Shown here one piece after another: positions 43,070 through 57,764 of a stretch of 64,000 nucleotides of DNA. Every line of letters begins with the position of its first letter. Position 1 is the stretch's first letter. The notes beneath the pieces are model-generated. The model was not told where the DNA came from. It searched no databases and saw nothing but the letters and a program-made list of their open reading frames with translations. The translations under genes and the position numbers were made by a program. The stretch is from the human T2T-CHM13v2.0 reference genome, Homo sapiens, in assembly GCF_009914755.1 (NCBI RefSeq), contig NC_060938.1, one strand, 5' to 3'.

Positions 43070-43477
43070 CAATGGTGTGCTGGAACCAGCTCAAACCAGC
43101 TCAGGAGAGCTCACTGTTAAATATTCAGCAGTTTTGTGGGCTGATGGTCAAACACAATCATTATTAAAAATTAAATGGTATAAACTTATAATTAAATACA
43201 TTGTATTAAAAACAAAGGTAATAGATACCACTCCTCACTTCCTCATATCTTAGTACATTTCACTTTACGTTCTTGCCATCAATTTACACCTAATGTATGG
43301 TGGAAAAACCATGCGATGCTGAGCTGCTGCCTGTCTCTTCCCAAGCCTGCATTCCATGATGACACACTGGTAGTTTGAGAACAGCCATGATGGGAGTATT
43401 TACACCACGGAAATTGGCAAATGCTACAGATCCGCCGTCCCCCAGCTGGCCATTAAACATTTATTACCACACCACTG
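43070..43477. mobile_element. MER63 (hAT-Blackjack) inserted in a MIR
   Basis: Termini caatggtgtgctgg / accacaccactg. Internal gggagtatttacaccacggaaattggcaaatgctac. Confidence 0.8.
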
Positions 43478-43525
43478 CACTGGCTCCGTCACATCCCAGC
43501 TCTGTGACCCCAGATAAATGACTCA

Positions 43526-43981
<456 letters not shown>

Positions 43982-46900
43982 TTAGTATTTCTTCTCATTG
44001 CTCCAGTGATGCCCCTATCCAAATTCTACGGAAACAGATGACGTGCCAGGTAGAGGAATGTAAGTTTTATTTCTAGAGCATAAGGTTCATGTCCTTTCCC
44101 TACAGGACCCCTGTGCGTAGGGTTTAACTTGAGGAGCTAAGTGCGGGAAGTAAAAACCATGAATTTTCCAAGGGGAAAGGCGCTGATGGAGAGGTATGCT
44201 GAAGCCTCCAGGCCATGAGAGGATTGTGCCCCAGGCCCTTTGAGGAAATGAGGCCACAGCAGCACATGGTTGAACAGGTGAGGCAGGCACAGGTGAGGTC
44301 AGGAGAGGAATGAAGCAGATGCCAAGAACAGCCAAGCTGCAGCATGAAGGGAGGCTCTGTGTGTGGCTGCAGCGGGGCCCCAGGACCTTGCGAGGAGGCA
44401 GCTGCCCTCTCTGGAAATGCTGGGCTGTGCGGTCATGCCCATGAAAGCAAGGGCTCCTCTGGCTTTGGAAGTGGAGAAAATATTCCTGGCCAATCCCGAG
44501 TTGGATCACACAGTTGAGGTTACATTGGCTGCATTGTGGTTTCTTGGGATGCTACAGGAAAGCGGGAAGGTAAGATTTGGTCTGCAGCCTCCAGGACAGC
44601 AGAGGCCAGGAAAGAGCAAGAGTGCGTTTGGGCTTTTCTAGACTCCTCCGTGGCAGGTTTCCTGGGTCCCAGCCAACCCAGGCCCCTGGAATGAGGATTC
44701 ACACTTAATCTCTCTGTTACCTGGAAATTGCTTCAGGTTCAGACCTTTGCCATCAGGAGGGGCAGTTCAGTGACTCAGATACACACAGTTCCCAGCCCAG
44801 CCCTTTTCCGATGGCAAGTGCACTACAAGCCCACAGACCGCTGGCAATGCGTACATCTGCATGCTGTACAGGCCAGAAGCTGCAGCTCATTGCTGGGGTC
44901 TGCTTCTGTTCTTTGAATCCCTGGTCTGTAGACAAATGCCCTTTGGAGCGGCCTTGCCGAGGAGAAGGCAGCGTTGAGAGTGAAGCCCTTCCTTCCCACC
45001 TCACTATGGGAGTCTTTCACTTTACCCTGAGCTCCTCAAGGGCCCATCTGGTTCTGATTCGTCTGCAGCACAGAGTCAGTCATGGAGGAGCCTTCAGTAA
45101 ATGTGAGGTAGAAGTTTAGATACATTTTGAGAAAATTTGTGCTTTGGGGTGCACCACTAGTGGGTTACCTGTTCAGTTGTACAGGTTGTTCACTGTCCAA
45201 GAGTGCCTGGTTGAGGAGGTGGGTGGGGTCTGAACTTAGTTTTTCTAATTCACAACAAGCCACACATAGCTGGGGCATGGGGGTGAGTATCCAAGGGGTT
45301 GAGGGCCTAGAGGGGCCTGAGGAACCACCTTGCCAGGCTCCAACTCATTCATTGGGAGCAACTTCCTGTCTAACCTGTGTCTGGATTCTCTGAAGAACTC
45401 TGTGTTTCTTTCTGCTGGCAACATCCCTGCAGCCTGCATTTAGAGCCGGATAGCTCTTCGAAGGCTTTCTGTTCTGTGTAACTGCAGTACTTAGCGGGTC
45501 CCCCATGGCTCTCAGCAGGCCCCGGGGCAGGGAGGGGCCTCCAGGCGCTGCCCTGGCTGCTGATATTTCAAGATGCCAGTGGAAGCAGAGACACTGCGGC
45601 CCTGTGTTCCCAGAGTCAAGGTGCAGGGTGGCGTGTGGGTATGAGTAAGCCAGCAGCCCTGGCAGGCAGGGGCATATCCGAGAAACAGTGTCACAGGGTT
45701 CCTGGGCTCTAAGGGCCTCTGTGAGTAGATTTTTGGGAGTGCTAGAATTTATCAACTTGGAGGGGAAGGAAGCTGCTGTTTTAGCATTTGATGCCTTTAA
45801 TCTTTACAGTAATACCTACGTAGGGAGTCCTGTCCCCCGTTTACAGAGGTCCAGAGGAGCTGAGTGACTGCCCAAGGTGGCGCAGTGGATCCACTTGAAG
45901 AGCCAGGATGCATGTCCAAGTCTGTCTGCCTGAAACAGCTCAGAATTCCAGGGGCCCAGAAAACCCACTGTTTCTATCACAGATCTCTGTCTTGCCAGGC
46001 CCACCCTCCTGATGTTTTCCCCAACACATTAATGTGGTCTCAGGCAGAACTACTCAGCTGACCCTGGGCTCAGGAAAGGGGAGCGCAGACCCTGAGACAG
46101 GCATGTGGCTCGGGGGCTGCCACCAGGGCCTCATCCCAGTATGGCTGTGGAGAGGGTCAGGACATCTGGAAGAGCCAGTGTTGGGATCTGTTCATGCTGT
46201 GCCAAGAGAAGTGCTTCCATTTGCCAAGAAAGAATGAGGAAGAGGGAAGGGCAGGCCCACCTCCTTGCTGCTCCCTGGGTCAGTAGCCCTGGGTGGCCAC
46301 TGGCCTTCACAGAGAAGAGCCACTTGGGGGTGGTCCACATGTGTGAGCTGGAACCCAGGGCCTGTGGCCAGCCCTGGGAGGGCCTCTGTGCGGGCATGTG
46401 GGGCAGGGAGGCACTGGAGGCCAGTTTCCTGTGCAAAGCCTTTGGGGCATAGCGGATTTGGGGCATAGCAGAGAAGGAGGCCTGCTTTGGTCTGTAAGGT
46501 GCTGTAGCCAGGATCTAACACACCTGGACTTGGGTTTGTGGGTTTATCTCCCTTGTGTATTCTTTGACCACCCAGCTCCATGCCTGGCCAGCAGAGTTCT
46601 CGCAGGAGACCCTGTAGGCTTGTTGTGAGGCCATAGTTGGAAACCTGATGGGCCCTCCCTAGAGACCTATTGCCTGGAGAAGTGCTCCCTCCGTAGCTCC
46701 AGTAGACGCCCCTACTTGCAGTCTTGCCCACCACCTTGCTCTCAACACTCCTCTCCATGCCCTGCAGCCTCCTAAGACTTTCCTCTGTGCCAGCTACTTT
46801 TGCATGGCAACAATAGTAATAAAAATAGTTACATATGGTCAGGCAATGGATCTGTTTTTTGGTCTATAAGTGTATTTTATGTTAAAAATTTTACATTTTA

Positions 46901-47105
46901 TGACTTCAAGACTTTGCATGAAATACCTTTACTGCAAAGAAGAAAACATTACCTGGGATCAGAGCAGTCACAGAACACAGAGGCCCCTGGCAGTCAGGAG
47001 AGAGGTCCCCTGGTCGGTGCCCAGGTGGAGAGTGTGGCCAGGTGCCGGCAACTGCAAGTGTTTCCAAGCAGGTGCCCATGTCCAGCAGATGCCTGCAAGA
47101 CTTGA

Positions 47106-47499
<394 letters not shown>

Positions 47500-48879
47500 T
47501 AGAACACTTTGGATTCTAATTTTAGTACTTCCAGCTCCTGGCCATGTGGATGAGATCAGAGATTGTGCCTGTGTCAGGTAGACTTGGCCACTCCAGGCAA
47601 AACCAGCTTCTCTTTGATGCTGGGCTCTTTTCTTTTCCCCCATCCTTCTTCTTTCTAGCCCTGTTTCCCTGCCTCTGTCGTTCTAGGCCAGTTTCCCTCT
47701 ATTTTTCTCTTTGCTGATGCTCACGACAATAGTAATATTTGCTAACATCTTCTGACTGCCCACTATGAGCCAGGCGCTGTGCAAAGTGCATCTTGTGGCT
47801 ACTCATATGTTTTGCCTCCTTCCCTCTTTCTGGGCCTTTTGTACTGAAGATTCACCTGGTATCCCTTGAGCACCTCATGTGGCTGGTACTCTCCTCCCCA
47901 AAGAGGATGCAGCCTTGTGGGGGCTGGGAGGGAGCCTCATTTGCTCCAGCGCCCTCATTTTACAGAAGAGAAAACTGAGGGCTTGAGCTGATGAGGGCCT
48001 TGGCTACAGTTCTGCAGCTTGGGTGCAGAAGGAAAGCCAGGGCTTGGCCTCTTGACCTTTACCCAGAGCTGTCTTGCATCTTGTGGATGCAAATTGTTTG
48101 CTGTCAGCTGCGTTGAGGGCCTCTTTGACCTTGGGGTTCTGAGTACCTAAATGGTGAGCCTCGGGCCAGGCAGTGCAGATCAGTGATGTCACTGTGCCAG
48201 TGTCACTGCATACCCACCTCAGGCTGGGCAGGGCGAGGAGACTGCAGGAGCCACGCAGAGCCAGAGGATGGCTGGACGGACTGACATGAACCATTCCCAT
48301 GTAAGAAAATTAAAAGATAAAAATAATTTTGATAGAGGGAAAACTGGTAGGAGGGAAGATGAGCTGGCCGTCTGGGCGAGGTGGCCTCCTTCACAGGTTT
48401 TGCTGCCATCATCTCCCTATGTGGGCCCACTTCTCTCCCCGGGCCATCCCTGTAGGCTCTTCTTTGCCCTTGGTGACCTCAGTAGGAGCTCTCCGTTTCC
48501 GACAGTCAGCCCCTCGCCCAGTGGGAGGAGGAGATAGAGAGGTAAGAGCTACCTGAGAATTAAGCCATGTGCACTATCTGGCTCTTGCTGGTCTTCCCGG
48601 GGCCTCATTCCATGGCTGGTATAGAAATATGAATGCATCGTCCTGCTGTCAGGCAGCATCCCAGCTACTCCAGCCTGTGTCCAAGGTCAGTACCTAACTG
48701 GCCATCCCTGCTCCGAGGTCACTTGAGGGTCTGGCAATATTACCATGGATCTGAACACCACTGGCTCCCCGGGGGCTGCAGCGGGGCGTGTGGAGGAAGG
48801 AGTCCCTCCGGACTCACGGCCCACACTAGAAGAACATAAAGGAATAGACAGCCCCTGTGTGGTGCAGCAGAGCAAGCAG

Positions 48880-49070
48880 GACCTTTGATGTCAGACAGGT
48901 ATGAATTCAGCTGACAACTCAACTCTCCCTTGGTGTGTACCCTGGGGCAAGTCACCTAACCTCCCTGTGCACGCTGGCCTCATCTGAAAAGTGGGAATAA
49001 GAATCCTTCTCTTATAGGGTTGCAGAAGAATTTAATAAAATAATGCTTGCAAAATGCTTTTATGCAGGGT
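48880..49070 (+). mobile_element. MIR SINE
   Basis: ctggggcaagtcacctaacctccctgtg..cctcatctgaaaagtgggaataa. Confidence 0.7.
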
Positions 49071-49290
49071 ACTGTCAGCCTCACAAACCAGAGATGCCCC
49101 AAGCATTCTCTGTAAACACGGCTATGACCATTCAAAAGAAAATTATAAATTCATTTTAAAGTATTATTTAATTAGGAGTTATTATATATTTTTCCACCTA
49201 ATAAAGACTAAAAGTACCAAGATTATGATACTTGGTACTTGGGGTGGGGGGCGGGGTTGAGAAATGCTTTGGCATTAAAAAGAGGCCTTC

Positions 49291-49611
<321 letters not shown>

Positions 49612-50947
49612 TCACAGGTTCATGTGGACTGAGATAAAAATACAGGCAACATAGAGTTGAGTAAAAATAAAAATCAAGTAGCTGGACAGTGGATAGAGTA
49701 AAATCACATGTATGGCTTTTTAAGCTCTAAATGCTGGGTATATGCTTTTGAAACTTGGGGAAAGAGATATTAAAAAAAACTGTCCTTTGAGTTAGCTGTA
49801 GGGAATGGGCTTAAGAATCCTGGTATTGGGAGAGATTTTTACCTTTAACTTTGACTCTTTTGATTGTATGTACATATTCTATAATGAAAACAATTTTAAT
49901 GTGTAAGTTAAGGGAACCAAGTGTGAGCAAACAAGCCAGCAAACTAATAAACCTTCCTAAGAAAAACATTGAAATACAAAGGATCCTTATGAAAACTTGG
50001 AAGTCAGCTCTCTGGACACACAGTCCTCTAGAAACCAGGTTCTGTCCCTGCTCCAGGTCCCTGCCCACCTGCTCCCCTGGTCCCCTGCAGTGCACATGCT
50101 ACCAAGCCTGTGCCTCTGCCTGCAGCAGGACAAACCCAGACAGAGGCTTAGCCCGGAGGCTCAACTTCCGGAGGCTCAACTCCCGGAGCCAGCGCTGGCG
50201 GTAGATGCAGCAGCCAGGCTCGGCCTGGGTTGGCAAGGGTTGGCCTCACCACTAGATTCTCTCTCCACTTCACGCCTCATGGAGCCAGGCCGAGGGAGTC
50301 GCTGGAGGATCGTGACTACCCGAGTGGGTGGTTGCTCACCTGCCCAGGAAGCCATTAATCTTGTGTCTCTGCGGCCTCTCCTCCCACGCCAGCCGCCCGG
50401 GCACGGACTGACTCGGGAAAGGACATGAAAGGGGCCCTGGGCTTCATTCCATGGTGGACCATGACCCTGGAAAATACCATCTGGCTTTTCTGTGTGTCTT
50501 CTGACACCAATTCCCCTAGTCGGGACACATCAAAGAGAGTGCGCCTGGTGACATTTCTCATTGTTATTCCTTTGGCAGGGCCTTCGGATTCAGGTCACAG
50601 ATAGACTTGCACCTCCAGAGGCTGCCTGTGGGGCCTGAGCCCCCCATCTTACAGATGCCTCAGGAGGGGGCTTGTAGAGGTGACCCAGGACCCCCTAGCG
50701 GCCAAGACCCCAGTCAACGGCACCCAGCAGGCCAGTCCCCCAGGGCCAGTCTGGGCAGCAGAACCTCCTGGAGTGACCGCTCTGACTTTCCTTCTCTGCC
50801 CTCTGATGCTACCCACGCAAAACAGCCAAAGCGCCAGGTACCCCATCCAGGGTGTCAGTAATGTGTGGAGTTTGACCTTACCCTGGGAATCCCAGCTTCA
50901 GTCACAGAGTCATATTTTCTTTACGGAGGCTGGGCTTGCTGGCTTTA

Positions 50948-51145
<198 letters not shown>

Positions 51146-51519
51146 ATAAAACATTTAAAAGAATAATAATTTGGGGCAAAAAGGGGGCTTCTGAATAACC
51201 TCGAGGTTTGATACTCAGAAATGCACTACCTCCTGAGCAGAAAGTCGCCTGTGGCAGGAGGTATGTGCATGCAAAGTTGACCTGTTTGGAAGGTTATAGA
51301 AGATACAACAGCAGCCAGGGGCTTGCACTATCTGTTGCACACTTTCCCCTTTTGAATAAACCCCTTTGTTTCATATCAGTGGGGAACAGAGGATGGGCAC
51401 ATGCAGGGCCTCATTGGATATTCTCTCACTTTTTTATGTCTAGCCTTTTAAACATGGGGCAGTGCCTCCTACGCCAGCTTGTGCTTTGTTGGAAAATTGG
51501 TTCAATAGCCCTGCTAGCT

Positions 51520-51740
51520 GGCATGCATTGAAGTATTTCCTATATGCCAGGCACAGTGTATCGTGCATTACCCAGTTAGTACTTTTGAATTTCACAACTG
51601 TCCTGCAAAGTAGGCACTTGCATTTTCCTCATATTCCAGATGAGGAAATAGGAGCTCAGAGAGGTTGAGTAGCACCCCCAAAGTCACAGATCTAACACAA
51701 GGCAAAGCTGGCATTTAAACATAGACCCACCTCCAAAGTC
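51520..51740 (-). mobile_element. MIR SINE
   Basis: tatgccaggcacagtg...gatgaggaaataggagctcagagaggttgagt. Confidence 0.75.
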
Positions 51741-54700
51741 CACTGTGCTGGACACACCTGCAGAAGACAAATAGTTCCCCCATATTTCAATCTCTCTCTC
51801 TGTTGGAAACTGAGTCCGCTTTTTGTTATTGCTTCCCCCATCAGAGTTCAAAGGCAGCTAGGAAATGGGGTGGTCTCTGCTTTGCTGCTTACCACCTTGT
51901 CACCTTTCATTTGTATTTCCCTAGAGTAGGGAGGCAGTGCCCTTTCTTGGCAGGGTGCAGTGGGTGGAAGGAGGGTAGGGCTGTGGGGGAAGGGGTCAGA
52001 GGAGAGGATTGCCTCTCTCTAGGTAGTCAAGGGGGCATACGTATGGGGTAAGAGGCTGGTTGGCATTGGGCATTGCATTCAGGGTCAACCATTCCAGTTC
52101 CCAGATACACATGCTGATAGAATCCTTGTGACAACCCTGTGAGGTAGAAGCTCTTCTGCTCCTCCTTTTACAAGTGTTGAAACTGAGGCTGTGTGCCTTG
52201 CTCAGGTTGCTGAGCTAGCACACAGTGGAGTCTGACTCCAGCCTAGGTCTGCCTGCCTCCTAAGTCCCAACTCACCACCACCATCCTGCATTTGATTCGG
52301 TTCAGCCTCTCTGTCTGCTGAGGGGACTGTAGGAAGTGACAGAAAGGATGCAGTTGCATAGGTGGGTTAGGGGTTTTTTTAATCCTCATTTTCCTGATGG
52401 AGACCCTGAGACCCAAGTGTCTTGCTGAACTCAGTACACTGGGGACTGAAATTACCACCTGTCCCCTGGCTGCAGCCTGCCTTTTTTGCAGATGGGTCCA
52501 AACAGCAGATGTGGATGGTCTGGGAGGGAAGGTTCCTGTGGCTGTGTGAAGAGGGAGACGGGGGTGGCTTGCTGGCCAGCCGTGTGTTTTAACCAGCGCG
52601 TATATATCTTTATTTAAAGGAGTCCTATGCTTTTGACAATCCATCAGAAAGCTCCCTGTGACGGAGTCCAAGGGGTTCCCTGGTATTGCTCTGTGATCTT
52701 TAGACAAGCCACTTAGCCTCTGAACCTCTATGTTCTCATCTGCCTGATGAGGATAAGAGAATCCCAACTCCCTGAATCAATGCTAGGCTAGGTGAAATCA
52801 AACAGCCAACACAGGTTGGATGTGCACTCCAGGAGGCTTCCTAGCAATGTCCCCGCCGCTCATTCCTCCTCGTTATGCCCTCAGAGCCCACATCATCCCC
52901 TTTGAATATGCTCGCTGATGGCAAGTCTCCTTCCATTCCGGGTGGATTTAATGTTTAATGCAGCCAAGGTCATTTGGAGGCAAGTCTAGGGAATTAGCTG
53001 GGTGACAGAGCTGAGCAAAGAGATTTTTGATTACAAAGAAAGTGAGGATGTGACTCTATTTCTCAGATAATCTGGGCTGAAAGGCAGCTCCCAAGAGGAA
53101 CTCCAAAAATGCTTTGACGAAAGCCAGCATCACTGGGAATTGGGAAGAGATGCCCAGGGTGACCATGAGGAAGGGGACAGCGCTCACTAGGGTGTATAAA
53201 TACCGGTTGGTCACAATTGGTCTCCTGACTTCACAGTCACACCCTGCTGCTCCTGACCAGATGCTGCCGTTTCAAGGAGCAAACTCGGTGGGAGGTCATA
53301 TAGGTGTCCAGTGGAACTGGGGTAATTGTGGCCGTCTCAGGTCAGGCTCAGTCCCTGATCCATGCGGAATAAATAATGGCCCAGCAAGATGCCTATACCT
53401 TTCTCATCTTACCAGCCAAACCTGCAAATTACCCAACAGAACCCATGCTGCTTTGGCTGGGAGGGCCGAATGAGCCAGAGCTTGCAAGAGTCTAGCTGGG
53501 GGCAGAAGGGAGGAAGGATACACACCCCCTCCTGCTCCTGGTACCTCATCTGCTCTTGAGAATTAGCCTGGCAGTGGGAGCCCTTCAACTGGGTACTTCG
53601 TGTACTGCCGTCCTTTGACATTTTCCTTCTGGGAAAACTTCTAGAGAAGCCATTCTGGGAAAGGTAGAGATTTAGAAGTTTTGAATAAGAAAATAGCAAG
53701 CTGAGAACATAATCTGGGGAGAAAGAGCACAGGGCAGAGAACTCTGAATAGTGGCAGATGGACTTCAATCTGAAGACCGTTGCAGATTTGAACAAAATGA
53801 GGGAAATGACAAGAGCCGGAAGCCTTCCAAAAGGAACCGCTTCCATTGAAGTCTGTCCCTGATTCTCAGATTAGAGTCTTCCTCATTTGGGATGTGAAAA
53901 TGGTTTTTCTTTTATAATGTGATGCTTGTACTAGGTTGCCTTTTCCCACGTTTTATGTTCTCACTTGACAAATAGCGTCAACTTTGTATTGGTCCCAGTT
54001 TGGGTGGTAGTGAACGGGAGTGGGAATTATCTTGTGTGGTTGGAAGATGGGAACCACTGGCCTAGAACCCAGAAACTGGAAACTAGCTGTCCTCAAGCTG
54101 GGCCTTAAGTCTCTGTAGGGAACCTGGGGACAGAAAGTGAAGACACACGAACAACTGTTTATATCCGCCATCCTCCAACGGGCAGGCTCCTATGGGTGGG
54201 GCTCCATTTAGCCCAGGAATTCTCCTCTTCCCATTGGTGCTCTGCTCTTCTGCTCTGTGCAGAGGGCAGCTGGTTCTAAGGTCCAGAGATATAAGATTTC
54301 TTCGCTGGTTTAAGCAGCACCGAGAGTGTGGTCCTCTCGCTCTCCCTGATTGTGCTCTGAGCTCTGGCCTCTTGCAGGGAGTTGCCAGACACATGTGTGA
54401 GAAGAAGGGCTCCTTTTGCCGTTTTACCCCGGGTGTGATCACAGCTCCGGCCCAGGCCACTACTGAGCCCTACACTGTCCAATATTCATATGGGAGGGTT
54501 GAGACGAGAAAAGGCACTAAACATCCTGTGTCATAGGAAAAGGGAACAAAAGAGGAAGCCTCGAAACAGACTGGGAGTTGTCATTCATGAAAGAGTGAGC
54601 CTTCCAAATCCCCCACGCTGGCTGGTCTTTACAGCCTGGAAGACTTCAGATTAAAGAGACCATGATGAATGGGGACCGTGAGGATAGATTACTTCAGGGA

Positions 54701-54859
54701 ACACCTCAGTGTCACCCAGCTGATGGTGGCCCCAATTTCTGGGCAGTGGGTGGGGAGTGGAGGCCTCCAGCCCTCTTCGATTCTGACCTTCAGCTGCAGC
54801 ATTCCTTGAGCATTCGTGGAACTTTAGTACTGCAAGATACTCTCAGGGGAAACAGCTTC

Positions 54860-55682
54860 CTGGGGAGTTCGCCAAAGAAACAGAACCAATACGATGTATA
54901 GTCATGTGCCACATAATGACATTTCAGTTAATGATGGGCTGCATATATGATGGGGTCTCATAAGATTATAACACTGCATTTTTTACACCTTTTCTTTGTA
55001 TAGATATACACATACCATTGTATTACAATTACCTACAGTATTTAGTACAGTAACATGCTGTACAGGTTTATAGCCTAGGAGCAATAGGCTTTACCATACA
55101 GCCTAGGGGTGTAGTAGGCTATGCCATCTAGGCTTGTGCAAGTACACTCTATGATGTTCACACAATGATGACATCTCCTAACAATGCATTTCATTATTAA
55201 GCAATGGATGACTGTGTGTGTATATATCCTTTATTTATGTATATAAAGAGATTTATTATAAGGAATTAGCTTACATGATTATGGAAGCCGACAAGTCCCA
55301 AAATCTGCAGGGTAAGTCAGCAAGCTGGAGACCCAGGAGAGCTGACAGTGTAATTCTAGTCCAAAGGCAGGCAGACTTGGGACCCAGGAAGAGCCAATAT
55401 TTCAGTCTGAGTCCAAAGGCGGGAGAAGGCTGATGTCCCAATTTGAAGGCCATTGGGCAGGAAGGATTTTATTTCTCTTGGGAGAGGGTCAGTCTTTTTG
55501 TTTTATTCAGGCCTCTAGCTGATTGGATGATTGCACAGGGCAACCTGCTTTACTTAATTTGCTGATTTCAATGCTAATCTCATCCAAAAACACCCTCATG
55601 GAAATACCCAGAATAATATTTGGCCAAATATCTGGAGACTCCATGGCCCGGTCAAGTTGACACTCAAAATTAACCATCATAG
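54860..55682 (-). mobile_element. MLT2 (MLT2B-like) ERVL solo LTR, interrupted by Tigger3a
   Basis: Ends gtcaagttgacactcaaaattaaccatca (reverse of TGATGGTTAATTTT). Other end agaaacagaaccaata. Internal gagatttattataaggaattagct. Confidence 0.85.
54899..55214 (+). mobile_element. Tigger3a/MER7A (TcMar-Tigger) MITE
   Basis: TIRs agtcatgtgccacataatgac / ttaagcaatggatgactg. Internal gcctaggagcaataggct. Confidence 0.85.
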
Positions 55683-56082
55683 CAGTCACATGAGTTTGGG
55701 AGATTCTTGTAAACCATGGCCCTGTCTTCGGCCTTCCAGGGCATTTTAGTGTAGTAAAGGTTCTGAGAATGCAGTCAAGAAACCTATTTGACTTGTTCAC
55801 TCAAGTGTTTTCCTTATTTATTTGGCCATGGTACTTTGTGGGGACTGGGGAGGAGGGAAGGAGGGAAGGGCCATGATGCCTGTTGAATCCCATGACTCTG
55901 GGAACTATCCATTGGGAAACACCACCCTGGAGATGTAACATTAGAAAGACACTGCTGTGCCAGCTGCAAGAAAGCGGTCTGTCCATGACTGGGGCTGTGG
56001 TGCATTTTGAGGCTTCCAGGCACTGTCATGGTCAAGCTGCATCCCAAAGTGAAAGGACTCAAGAGAGAACTTTCTGGGAATT

Positions 56083-56482
56083 CTTTCTTTCTTTTCTTTT
56101 CTTTTTTTGAAATGCGGGTCTCGCTATGTTGCCCAGGCTGGCCTCGAACTCCTGGCCTCAAGCTACCCTCCTGCCTCAGCCTCCTAAGTAGCTGGGACTA
56201 CAGGCATGACATCCCACTCAGCTCTGGGAATTCTTTCTTTTTCTTTCTTTTTTTCTTTTTCCTGGAGACAGGGTCTTGCTCTGTCACCTAGGCTGGAGGG
56301 CTGGAGTCCAGTGATGTGGCCACAGGCATACACCATCACACCTGGCTAACTTTTGTGTTTTTTGTAGAGACAGGGTCTCCCCATATTGGCCAGGCAGCTT
56401 TCAAACTCCTGGGCTCAAGCAATCTTCCTGCCTTGGCTTCCCAAAGTGCTGGAATTACAGGTGTAAGCCACCACACCCAGCC
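56083..56482 (-). mobile_element. Alu monomer plus internally deleted AluJ
   Basis: Two reverse Alu pieces. tctgggaattctttcttt is repeated at ~56073 and ~56223 (TSD). Confidence 0.85.
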
Positions 56483-57124
56483 AGAATTTGTAATTCAGCT
56501 GCACTTAGAGGGTGTTTACTTGGTACTGGCTGAGTGCTAAGTGCTTTGTATGCATGATCTCATTTAATCTTTTCAACCACTTTTTGCATTAGGAACTAGT
56601 GTCTCATTTTACAGATAAAGAAATACGCACAGAGTTGTGTGACTTTCTCACAAGTGGGAAATCAGGATTTGAACCTAGTCCTGTCTGACTCTAGAACAAT
56701 GCCCTTAACCACTCTACCCTGATTCCCACTGTGTGGCTGGGAAATCTATAGGCAAAAACAAAACAGAGGCCTCACCAGGCATGTGGTTTGAAATCAAACA
56801 GTTTATCTGAAAGTCCTTAACTGATAGGATGCCTTTTGATGGCAAAAGGGAAAATGAAGAGATGAGGGAATGGGAGGAAGTATAATACTGTTAGGGAAGA
56901 CAGACTTTGCATGAGGGTAAGATGTGGTCATGTCGAAGAGGGAAAGGCAGAGCATAGCTCAGGGTGTTCTGAGCCATCATCTGCCTTGTTGGTGACAGAG
57001 AGACCCTGCTCAGCTCTACATTTCCTTGCTGCACGAGGCCCCGGTGCCCTCAGAGGTGGTCCCTGAGAGTGCCAGAGAGGTGGAGGTGGTGACAGGTGGT
57101 AAGACCCTGCTGAGCAGGACCATC

Positions 57125-57410
<286 letters not shown>

Positions 57411-57564
57411 GGGAGCAGGACCTTCTTGTGCTCCAATCATTGGTGTGACTTGGACAAGTCTACATACTCTCAAATATCTGGTGTGCTTTCTGTCTATCTG
57501 CTGTGCAAACAAGGTTGTTGCATCCTATTTTTGCATTAGGGTGTTCCAGAAAGGAAGAGTCTCA

Positions 57565-57599
57565 TGTGTATGTGTGTGTGTGTGCGCGCGTGCGTGTGT
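57565..57599. repeat. Alternating purine-pyrimidine (TG)n/(CG)n tract
   Basis: tgtgtatgtgtgtgtgtgtgcgcgcgtgcgtgtgt. Confidence 0.85.
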
Positions 57600-57764
57600 C
57601 TTCAGCAACCAGTACTCACCAGGGACCTAGCCATAGGAGTGCCCACAAGCAGTGTGTCTGCATATGTGTGTGTAGATACATACCACACATAAATGTATTC
57701 CTGTATCACAAAGTACTTTTAAATTCTTTATATATATTATTTATATAATATTATATAATATAAT

